This document shows, piece after piece, positions 18,995 through 27,224 of a DNA stretch of 64,000 nucleotides (positions are counted from its first letter, which is position 1; every line of letters begins with the position of its first letter). The notes below the pieces were generated by a model. The model was not told the origin of the DNA. It did not search any database and saw only the letters and a list, made by a program, of their open reading frames with translations. Made by a program: the position numbers and the translations under genes. The DNA lies in contig BPJB01000001.1 in assembly GCA_026004395.1 (NCBI GenBank), forward strand, positions 327,343 through 391,342, in the 5' to 3' direction. This DNA comes from Patescibacteria group bacterium. GTDB taxonomy: Bacteria > Patescibacteriota > Microgenomatia > Levybacterales > UBA12049.

Positions 18995-19687
18995 TTAAAG
19001 AAGATAGGGAGGAGAAATTTCTTCCAAACCCATTGAGTGTTGCGCCTCTTCTTCAAGAAGTTTATAGTTATTAATAATCAGGAATTTTCCACTTCGCCTT
19101 ACAAATCCTTTTCTTTCTAATTTTTTCATCTCTAGCGAGGTGGTTTCACGAGTTATTCCTATCATGGTGGAGATATCTTTGTGAGTTAGGGGAATTTTTA
19201 CAATAATTTCATCTCCGTGTTGTTCTCCTAATCCTTTTGCACACATAAGTAGTGTAGTTACTACTTTAGTATATGCATTATTGAAAACAAGATACTCCAT
19301 GCGTGTTAGGAATCCATCAAATTTCAGCATAAGGGTGTTTGTTAATTCAAAAAATAATTCCGAATCTTTTTTAAGAAATTGCATAAATTGTTCTTGAGGA
19401 GCTTTCCATAGTTCAAGATGTGTGATTGCTTCTAAATAGTAATTATTCACTTCATTGTTGTTAAAACCATATGTTAGGGGAAAAAAGTCATATTCTTTAA
19501 GAATGGTAAGTGTTAATTCTTCGCCATCTTCTGAAATTCTAAATACTCTTATATATCCAGATTTGATGAAAAAGATGCTTGAGGCACTATCATTGGAATG
19601 AAGTATCATTGCTCTTTTCTTATACTGAAGCAATTTATATTGTTCGAAGAAAGAAATTAATTTGTTAATTGATGACAGTTTTAACAT
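18995..19687 (-). CDS. Crp/Fnr family transcriptional regulator
   Basis: cNMP-binding-like domain (IFFIKSGYIRVFRISEDGEE) and HTH LTHKDISTMIGITRETTS. Confidence 0.92.
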   Translation of the reverse strand: MLKLSSINKLISFFEQYKLLQYKKRAMILHSNDSASSIFFIKSGYIRVFRISEDGEELTLTILKEYDFFPLTYGFNNNEVNNYYLEAITHLELWKAPQEQFMQFLKKDSELFFELTNTLMLKFDGFLTRMEYLVFNNAYTKVVTTLLMCAKGLGEQHGDEIIVKIPLTHKDISTMIGITRETTSLEMKKLERKGFVRRSGKFLIINNYKLLEEEAQHSMGLEEISPPYLL

Positions 19688-19707
19688 AGTTTTTGATTTT
19701 TTTAAAT

Positions 19708-19723
19708 TGTAATTTACGTTACA
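19708..19723. promoter_or_regulatory. Crp/NtcA-geometry palindrome TGTAA-N6-TTACA upstream of the crp-like gene
   Basis: Perfect 5-6-5 palindrome about 20 nt upstream of ATG 19687, overlapping candidate -10 hexamers. Confidence 0.55.
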
Positions 19724-19832
19724 GAACAGTGATGATAATAGCTTAAAGATAATGTAAGAAATCATTAAGAATGTACATTAAATGTCTATTTTACCCTTTG
19801 AAAGAATTTTATTTTTTGCTAAGATCACAAAC

Positions 19833-20993
19833 ATGGAAAATATCGTAGATAAAATCAATAAATCAGCACTTAAATTTCTCTCTCCATTAACAAGTGAAGA
19901 GACTTTTAGAATTATAGTAAATGAAGCGAAGAAAATTACTAATACCGATTACGGTACTATATTTCTTAATAAAAGCGGTAAATTACAGCGAGTCTATGCA
20001 GATGCACCATTCCTGCAAAAAATAAAGCCAAGAGCAAAAGGATTTGTTTATACGGCATTTGTAAAAAAAGAACCTTCCATAGTCAAAGTTGATCAAGTAA
20101 AAAATTTTCATAAAGTACTTTATGATGAGGGTATAAAACTTATCATCCATATCCCCCTTTCCTATAGAGGCGAATCTATCGGAGTCTTATCTTTACATAG
20201 CCGTGAATTTAGGGAGATTTCTAAGCACGATTTAAATGTTCTTACTCTTCTTGGGTCGTTAGCGAGTATGGCTATTCGTAAAACCCAGTTATATGATGAG
20301 ATGAAAAATGCTATTGATACAAGGGATCTTTTTATTTCACTTGCTTCACATGAGTTGCGAACACCATTAACATCAATTAATGGATATATTCAACTTCTTT
20401 ACAATAAGCTAGGAAAGCAGAATTCTCTTGAAGCTAAATGGGTGAAAGAGCTCTATGATGAGAGCAATAGATTGACAAATCTAGTGAAGGAGCTTTTAGA
20501 AGTTAACCGAATTAAACAAGGGCAACTGAACTATTCGCTGGAAGAGTGCAGGATTGAGAATATAATAGATGATGCGATAAAAAGATTTAATTTTATTAAG
20601 CCAGATCGAAAGATAATATATACAAAAGACCTTACTGACAAAGATATTCTGATTGTGGGTGACAAAGAAAAGCTTCTTCAGGTGATTTCTGCTCTTCTTG
20701 AGAATGCCGATAAATTTTCTTCTCCCAAAATTCCGATAGCTGTCAGCCTCAAGAATACTACCCGTCAAGTAATCATCTTAATTAAAGATCAAGGAGAAGG
20801 AATTGAAAAACAAGATCTAAAGAAAGTATTTGAAGGTTTTTATAAAGGAGATAAAAGAGAATCTGAAGGGTTAGGGGTGGGATTACTGCTTGCCAAACAT
20901 ATTATTCAGTTTCATCATGGTTCTATTTCCCTCAAATCTAAAAAAAATAAAGGTACAACAGTAGAAGTCAGAATTCCTAGATTACCGTTATGA
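19833..20993 (+). CDS. Soluble GAF-domain histidine kinase
   Basis: GAF (IPLSYRGESIGVL), SHELRTPL, LLENADKF, DQGEGI and GLGVGL; TGCTAAGAT 7 nt before ATG. Confidence 0.9.
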   Translation: MENIVDKINKSALKFLSPLTSEETFRIIVNEAKKITNTDYGTIFLNKSGKLQRVYADAPFLQKIKPRAKGFVYTAFVKKEPSIVKVDQVKNFHKVLYDEGIKLIIHIPLSYRGESIGVLSLHSREFREISKHDLNVLTLLGSLASMAIRKTQLYDEMKNAIDTRDLFISLASHELRTPLTSINGYIQLLYNKLGKQNSLEAKWVKELYDESNRLTNLVKELLEVNRIKQGQLNYSLEECRIENIIDDAIKRFNFIKPDRKIIYTKDLTDKDILIVGDKEKLLQVISALLENADKFSSPKIPIAVSLKNTTRQVIILIKDQGEGIEKQDLKKVFEGFYKGDKRESEGLGVGLLLAKHIIQFHHGSISLKSKKNKGTTVEVRIPRLPL

Positions 20994-21000
20994 CAAAGCT

Positions 21001-22175
21001 GAAAGTTACTTTGGATCACTTTCTTTACTAGGAGAGATGCGGTAGAGGCAGGAGTTTAATATTAGCGCTCATGCATTGCGCAATAATGAATGGGCTCATA
21101 TTGCTGAAACACAGGAGTTAATTAGAGAAGATAGAGAATATCTTCTTGCTGCACCTACTGCTGTCCATACTAGAGTATTTGTCGGACATTCAGTGATGGG
21201 GAAGACAACTATTGCAGCTCAATGGGCTAGAGTTAATGAGAATGATGAAACATTTGCGAGAGCATTATCTCATGCGGCAGGTTCACCTCGTTGAGTTTTA
21301 GGTATTCATTTTTCTCTTTCAGAAGCATTAAAGCGGGCAACATCAGAGGAGGGTTTTCCAAAAGAAGCAGCTGATGAGAAACACAGGCAGAGGGCATCTG
21401 AGTTAATAACTCAAGGAGTGGACATAACACGCAAGCTTTTTACCGGACATCCGACTCTTACGGCAATTATTTTTGTTGATGTAGTTGGAATAACGCAAAG
21501 TCATCTAGGGACAACTGCGGTTGCTCATCTTGCAAGAGGTGAGAAACAAAGACATGAGGAAGCAGAAAAAAAGGAGAGTCAACGACTGTCCTAGTAAGAT
21601 TTTTTGCACCAGAACCAAATGAATTTGTGGAGAGAGAGGGTCTTGATTTACGAGATAAAATTAGATTAATTGCTCAACAGGAGGATTTAGGAAATGTTGA
21701 TGAAATTTTCAAAGAGAAAAGAGTGTATCCAGGAAGAAGATTTAAAGGAAAAGAAGAGTTATTTGTAAAAAGTTGTGGTATGAGAGAAGCATGGGAGCGG
21801 CACTGGAGAGATATTTATCAGCAACTTATTACTACAGGTTATATTGATCCTCGTGAGACAGATATAGCTGCATTTCTTGCAGATAGTTTTGTACAAAGGT
21901 CAAATCTGTTCTCTGCATATATTTCTTGGCTACCAGAAAGACTTGAAGAGCTGGGCGTAGAAAGTGCTAACCCTGATTACTTTCGCTTCCTACCTAATAT
22001 CTTCATTCAAGATGGAATTCATACGCATTTTACTAGGTTATATCAAGAGGAGACACAAAAAGAAAGAAGAGTGGTAAATCATCATTTTCCTCTACATCTT
22101 TTGGGAGCAGACAATAATGCAATAAAAGAAGAGGAGTTGCTAACAGAAATGGGTATAGTCGAAAATAATTTCTAA
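21001..22175 (+). pseudogene. Interrupted P-loop NTPase/kinase-like gene (covers ORFs 21076-21294 and 21627-22175)
   Basis: Walker A-like GHSVMGKTT and Walker B-like AIIFVD in one frame; in-frame TAG 21043 and TGA 21292; -1 shift at an A7 run (21566-21572) joins the 21627 ORF. Confidence 0.55.
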
Positions 22176-22279
22176 TTTTTAGGATTAATCTAAAATACTA
22201 AAATATTTCTTTCCCTCTCCTTACATAATTTCTATCTGAATTTTATCAATTTTTATTATTGTAAAAAGGCTTTAAATTT

Positions 22280-22771
22280 ATGAGAATTGCACAAATAGCA
22301 CCTTTGTTCAGCCATATCTTTCAAAACAGATTCAATGCTAGGTGAAGTGGATGAGGCAACCCGAAATGAACTTATGAGTAAAGCTTACTGTACTTTACAT
22401 CCTGTCACTTGGCCTGAACCGTTTGGTCTCACCATCATTGAGTCAATGGCGTGCGGAAGTCCAGTAATTGGTTTTTCCATTGGGTCAATTCCTGAGATTA
22501 TCCAAAACGGAAAAACGGGATTTGTCGTTAACTCAGTATCAGAAATGGTAGAAGCAGTAAAAAAGATTCCAACGATTGATCAACGATTGATAGAGCTTAC
22601 TGTAGATCGTATGTACTCAAACATTTTACTGTAAAGAGAATGGTTGATGAATATGAAAAAATTTATAAAATAGCTCAAAAACAGCATGCATTTTTTATCA
22701 GAGTTCCATCTATTAACCGTAACAGAGTTAAAAAACAGCTAGCTATTGATTTTCTACCTGATTTTTCATAA
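22280..22771 (+). pseudogene. GT4 glycosyltransferase pseudogene (internal deletion plus frameshifts), paralog of 2..301
   Basis: MRIAQIAPL N-terminus joined to C-terminal LGEV..EPFGL..IESMACG; 11-bp tandem duplication shifts the tail frame. Confidence 0.85.
22570..22591 (+). repeat. Tandem duplication (CAACGATTGAT)x2
   Basis: Exact 11-bp direct repeat; removing one copy restores IDRAYCRSYVLKHF..MVDEYEKIY. Confidence 0.9.
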
Positions 22772-22780
22772 ACGTTTAGC

Positions 22781-22809
22781 TTGACACTTATTGATAAATC
22801 ACTTAGATT
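22781..22809 (+). promoter_or_regulatory. Sigma70 promoter TTGACA-17-TAGATT
   Basis: Consensus -35 with 17-bp spacing, upstream of ATG 22837. Confidence 0.6.
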
Positions 22810-22836
22810 TTAGTTAAGAATTTATTTTTGCTGCCC

Positions 22837-24156
22837 ATGGATAAACATGCGTTAAGAGAACGAATTTATAAAACTCTTCTTGAGCTAGTCACAGAAGAAG
22901 GAATTAATGCATCAGGTAAGGATGAGCTATATGGATGCATTTTTGGACGCGATAGCGCAATAACGGTTCTGAAGATCCTAAGGGTAACAAGTCTCCCAAA
23001 GGCTTCTTCGTATTTTGATATTAGAAGACTTCATGATATTTGCAAAACGACTCTTCTCACACTGGTTTCTCTGCAAGGTAAAAAGTCTGTTATTGCTAGT
23101 GGGGAAGAGCCTGGGAAATTCATTCATGAGTTTCGTAAGGATAGATATGAGCACCTCCTTAAGTCAGCAAAGCCATGGTATGTTTATCCTGATGGGTATA
23201 TTCGCAATTATGATTCACTTGATGCAACACCTCTTGCTTTGATTGCGATTTATCGTTATTGGAAACAGACGCGAGATGATTCGTTTCTTCTTCGGGTTAT
23301 CTCAGCCGTTGAGTCAGGGCTCAACTGGATAATTTCTTATGCTGATAAAGACAAAGATTATCTTGTTGAGTATGAGTTGCCTAGAGATCGTACTTATGGT
23401 GGACTCTCTGTCCAATCATGGACTGATTCTTATGAATCTATCCAAAGACCAGATGGAAAGCTGCCTCCTTATCCTATAGCACCAGTTGAAGTTCAAGGAT
23501 ATACATGGTTAGCACTTAAGCTTTGGTCTGATTATTATAGAAGGACAGATCTTACAATGGCAAGAACACAGAAATTTGCAGATAAGCTTGATAGACATGC
23601 AGAGAATATGAGAAGACAATTCAATAGACTTTTTCTTTATAAAGATCAGGGATATATTTTCCCGGCCCAAGCATTAGATGGGACAAAAAAGCAAATCCGC
23701 ACAGTTACTGGTAATTCGCTTTTACTTTTATGGGCGACTTACTCTAAAAATGGAGATAAACATTCTATACTTGATGACGCATTTGTTTCTGATCTAGTAA
23801 AACGCTCATTTCTTCCTGATCTCTTTGATAAAGATGGTGGTGTACGTACGATGAGCACTCTTTCGCCAACTTTCAACCCTGGTAGAGATTCTTATCACAA
23901 TGGTAGTTTCTGGCCAAAACTCAATGGAATGAGTTTTGAAGGATTGCAAACATGGGGATTCATAGAGGAGGCAAAATTACTTGCGGATGCATCATTGAGA
24001 CCACTATCATATTTTGGGACTCCAATTGAACTCTATATTAAAGGGGAGGATGGAAACTACTATGAGTTTTGTGGACGCAACGGCCAGAAAGGATGTCGAA
24101 AGCAGGCTTGGTCTGCAGCATCTGCCCTTGAACTTCTGACAACTAGTGTTTCATAA
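22837..24156 (+). CDS. Amylo-alpha-1,6-glucosidase / glycogen-debranching-type six-hairpin glycosidase (catalytic domain only)
   Basis: FGRDS, EEPGKFIHE, DATPL, QSWTDS, PIAPVEVQGY, SYHNGSFWP and QAWSAAS motifs. Confidence 0.85.
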   Translation: MDKHALRERIYKTLLELVTEEGINASGKDELYGCIFGRDSAITVLKILRVTSLPKASSYFDIRRLHDICKTTLLTLVSLQGKKSVIASGEEPGKFIHEFRKDRYEHLLKSAKPWYVYPDGYIRNYDSLDATPLALIAIYRYWKQTRDDSFLLRVISAVESGLNWIISYADKDKDYLVEYELPRDRTYGGLSVQSWTDSYESIQRPDGKLPPYPIAPVEVQGYTWLALKLWSDYYRRTDLTMARTQKFADKLDRHAENMRRQFNRLFLYKDQGYIFPAQALDGTKKQIRTVTGNSLLLLWATYSKNGDKHSILDDAFVSDLVKRSFLPDLFDKDGGVRTMSTLSPTFNPGRDSYHNGSFWPKLNGMSFEGLQTWGFIEEAKLLADASLRPLSYFGTPIELYIKGEDGNYYEFCGRNGQKGCRKQAWSAASALELLTTSVS

Positions 24157-24664
24157 TTCCAATTGGAAGAGGGAGCGTAGATGTAAGTGAGTACTCTTTT
24201 GAGAGGATGAGATTGGTTAGCTCCATTGTTTTTCGCAGAGCTTCGTTAAATACGTCTAGATCTTCTCTTGATCCATGAATAGTTATATGAAATGTCCCAC
24301 GGGGATCTCTTAGCCAATTCCAGTTAGTTACACCTTCATATACAACCTGTTCCACTCCTTGTTCAAGTTTGAGAAGACATAAGTATTCAAGGAGAATATG
24401 TTCAAATAAATGTCCTACTTCTGTCTGAAGTACTTCTTTAGAAAAGGGAAGATTATCAGAGTTATAACAGGTAGATTTAAAAATACTTGGAAGATAAATT
24501 TTAAGAATAGAGGATGTATGTGGAAAGTTTTTTGTATTCACCTCAGGAATAAGTAGCCTCATAATAATTATTGTTTTTTCACGTAAACGGTTAATAGAAA
24601 GTGTATAAAGGTTTGCAGATGAAACCTTTTCCAACAATTGATCAGACAGGGGAGGCTTTGGCAT
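24143..24664 (-). CDS. Standalone cyanophycin synthetase N-terminal-like (metallopeptidase-like) domain protein
   Basis: IIMRL..LPSI...C-x18-HLFEHILLE, collinear with the CphA1 N-domain as recalled (IVMRL..LPSL...C-x19-HIVEHVALE). Confidence 0.72.
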   Translation of the reverse strand: MPKPPLSDQLLEKVSSANLYTLSINRLREKTIIIMRLLIPEVNTKNFPHTSSILKIYLPSIFKSTCYNSDNLPFSKEVLQTEVGHLFEHILLEYLCLLKLEQGVEQVVYEGVTNWNWLRDPRGTFHITIHGSREDLDVFNEALRKTMELTNLILSKEYSLTSTLPLPIGIMKH

Positions 24665-24801
24665 ATAATAAATTTGAAAGAGTAAATTTACTATAAAAAG
24701 ATATCAGCAAAGTGTCAAGCGAGACAATAAAAATTAATTGTAGGATTGAGAAGTAAATGAGGATATTAAAGCTTAGTTGAAGTTTAACTGGAAATGTTTT
24801 G

Positions 24802-25476
24802 TTATTCTTTGATGATATATCCAAAACCGCGAACTGAGTGAAGAAGTTTTTTCTCGTGATTTGCATCTATTTTTTTTCTTAGATATCCCATATAGACATC
24901 AACTACACGTGTTTCAATATCACTTGAGTAGAGCCAGATTCTATTAAGGATCATCTCCCGCGTAAGGATACGTCCTTTATTATTCATCAAGTATTGAAGA
25001 AGCTTAAATTCTTGAGGAGTAAGTTGGATTGGTTTGCCTGCTCTTGATACCTCAAGAGTTTTACTGTTTAATATGAGATCAGCTACTTGGAGTACTGCGT
25101 TTGTTCCGCCTTCTTTTCTTCTCAGTCGAGCTTTAATCCTAGCAAGAAATTCATCAGCAACAAATGGTTTAGTAATATAATCATCAGCTCCTAGATTCAG
25201 TCCTTGAACAATGTCACTGATACTATCTTTTGCTGTGAGAATAATAATAGGGAGATCAGGATATTTCTTGCGGATTTCTGCGCATACAGCTTCGCCACTC
25301 ATGTTGGGTAATCCAAGATCAAGTACTACAACGTCAGGTTCTGACTTTGCAATAATATTCAAAGCGACAATTCCATCATCTGCGATTTTTACAGAATAGC
25401 CATTATCAAGAAGAAGCTCTTTTAGATATTTCTGGAGTCCTTTATCATCTTCTACAACTAAAATAGTATGTACCAT
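24802..25476 (-). CDS. OmpR/PhoB family response regulator (MprA/ArlR-like)
   Basis: VVEDD, VLDLGLP, LTAK, GADDYITKPF, LTPQEFKLL, VVDVYMGYLRKK and SVRGFGY motifs. Confidence 0.95.
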   Translation of the reverse strand: MVHTILVVEDDKGLQKYLKELLLDNGYSVKIADDGIVALNIIAKSEPDVVVLDLGLPNMSGEAVCAEIRKKYPDLPIIILTAKDSISDIVQGLNLGADDYITKPFVADEFLARIKARLRRKEGGTNAVLQVADLILNSKTLEVSRAGKPIQLTPQEFKLLQYLMNNKGRILTREMILNRIWLYSSDIETRVVDVYMGYLRKKIDANHEKKLLHSVRGFGYIIKE

Positions 25477-25769
25477 AACGACCAGTAGTATAGCAATATT
25501 CTTACAAATCATCAATGGATTCTATGCATTTTCTTGCCTAGTTCTTACAATTCTTAGTGTTTCTTATCCTCTACTGCAAGAGAAGTAGAAATTTTCTGAT
25601 CTACTACTTTAGAGACATTAAAAAATCATAGAGGCTATAAAAGTCAGTATAAAAAAAATTTTCTTACATTTCTCTTTTTGCTGAGTAAATTGGCTTATTA
25701 TTTCAACATCATCATTTTTTGAATTATTTCCTATTTCTTACAGGTTTTTATTTTTTTCTTAAATTTCTC

Positions 25770-25797
25770 TTGACAGTAAAAAAACTTTTGTTATAAT
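25770..25797 (+). promoter_or_regulatory. Near-consensus sigma70 promoter TTGACA-16-TATAAT with extended -10
   Basis: TTGACA 25770-75, TG-T-TATAAT 25789-97; preceded by TCTTACA 25736 and TCTTAA 25757. Confidence 0.75.
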
Positions 25798-25850
25798 GCC
25801 TAACTCCAGTAGAGATAAGACTCATCTGGAGAAAATCATTACCTATTTGT

Positions 25851-27218
25851 ATGATTTTTACCCTGCCGAAAAGAACTGCCCAAAAAAAATTTTTTCTAAA
25901 AAAGACTTCTAACTCAAATCCCCATATTTTTTCATTTATTTCAGAAAAACATTGGTCATATATTATTCTACTTATTGCTTCTTTCTGCCTAATGCTTGTT
26001 TTTATTATCAGTTCTCAGGAAGGTCAGAAACTTATTGCTCCATTTATTTCACCTTTGCATTCTCTTAGTGAAGAGGAAACAAGAAAAGGACATGAAGTTT
26101 TTGGTTTTGCTCCCTACTGGACAATTGATAAACTTGACAATGTGGATTTTAGTATTTTGACTACATTAGCTTATTTTGGTGTACCAGTAAATTTTGATGG
26201 ATCATTGGATAAAAGTGATTATGGTTATTCGGTTTTTGAAAGTAAGAAAGCTACAGAGCTTTTTAAAAAAGCTCATGCACATGGAACGCGGGTTGTTCTT
26301 ACAATCACCCAAATGGACAATGAAACAATAGAGGCATTTTTAACAAACCCACAAGCACAACAAATAGCTATAGATGAAACTGTTGCGTTGGTAAAGGAGC
26401 GCGGAATTGATGGGATTAATATTGATTTTGAATATGTGGGAAATCCTAGTTTTGCTAATAAAAATGCATTTTCGCAATTTGTTGCGCAACTGACGGAAAA
26501 AATGCATAAAGAAGTTCCCGCTTCTCGTGTAACTGTATCTGTTTATGCGTCTTCGGCATCATCCAGCAAACTTTATGACGTTAAAAAATTGGCTGAGGTA
26601 TCTGATGGGATTTTTATGATGGCTTATGATTTTGCAGTTAAAAGCTCAAAATATGCTATGCCAACAGCACCTTTATACGGTAAAAAAGAAGGACATTATG
26701 AATATGATGTATCAACAGCAGTTGAAGATTTTCTCAAAGTTATGCCGTCCCATAAGCTGATACTGGGTGTTCCTTATTATGGATACAATTATCCAGTTGA
26801 AAATGTTGCCATAAAAGCTCCAAGACATCCTGGATATTTTACCTACTACTGGTACCGCTACAGACAGTATAGGCAATATCATAGTTATCCAGCAAAAGTA
26901 CAGACTTATTCTCTTATTCAGGAGGATATTATCAAAGCGAATGTGGATGTTCAAACCGGATGGGATGAGCATGGCCGGGTAGGATATATTGCCTATCAAG
27001 AAGATGGAGTCTGGCGAATGGTATTTATGGAAGATTCTCGTTCTTTAGGTGAGAAATATGATTTTGCAAAGTTAAAAAATCTTTCAGGTATAGGTATTTG
27101 GGCATTAGGATTTGACGCTGGAAATAATGAACTTTGGAATCTTCTCAGAGAAAAATTTGGTCCAAAGAAATTTGCCGATTCTCGAATCATAACTCGTCAA
27201 ATTAATGAGAGTAATTAA
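25851..27218 (+). CDS. Membrane-anchored glycoside hydrolase family 18
   Basis: N-terminal TM; DGINIDFE catalytic motif; MMAYDF, LGVPYYG and GIGIWALGFD. Confidence 0.9.
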   Translation: MIFTLPKRTAQKKFFLKKTSNSNPHIFSFISEKHWSYIILLIASFCLMLVFIISSQEGQKLIAPFISPLHSLSEEETRKGHEVFGFAPYWTIDKLDNVDFSILTTLAYFGVPVNFDGSLDKSDYGYSVFESKKATELFKKAHAHGTRVVLTITQMDNETIEAFLTNPQAQQIAIDETVALVKERGIDGINIDFEYVGNPSFANKNAFSQFVAQLTEKMHKEVPASRVTVSVYASSASSSKLYDVKKLAEVSDGIFMMAYDFAVKSSKYAMPTAPLYGKKEGHYEYDVSTAVEDFLKVMPSHKLILGVPYYGYNYPVENVAIKAPRHPGYFTYYWYRYRQYRQYHSYPAKVQTYSLIQEDIIKANVDVQTGWDEHGRVGYIAYQEDGVWRMVFMEDSRSLGEKYDFAKLKNLSGIGIWALGFDAGNNELWNLLREKFGPKKFADSRIITRQINESN

Positions 27219-27224
27219 TTTTTT

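Noticed and set aside
21292-21294. In-frame TGA as evidence for genetic code 25 or selenocysteine
   Set aside because: TGA ends many intact genes here (for example capA, lon, dacA-like), and the same frame also has an upstream TAG; decay is simpler
24143-24664. Truncated cphA pseudogene
   Set aside because: The ORF has its own start and a clean stop overlapping the convergent gene, and no ATP-grasp remnant follows; treated as a standalone protein, though truncation cannot be fully excluded
17640-25780. CRISPR array or iterons suggested by recurring TCTTA motifs
   Set aside because: Motifs are 5-13 bp, dispersed in promoter regions, without a repeat-spacer period, cas genes or a rep gene
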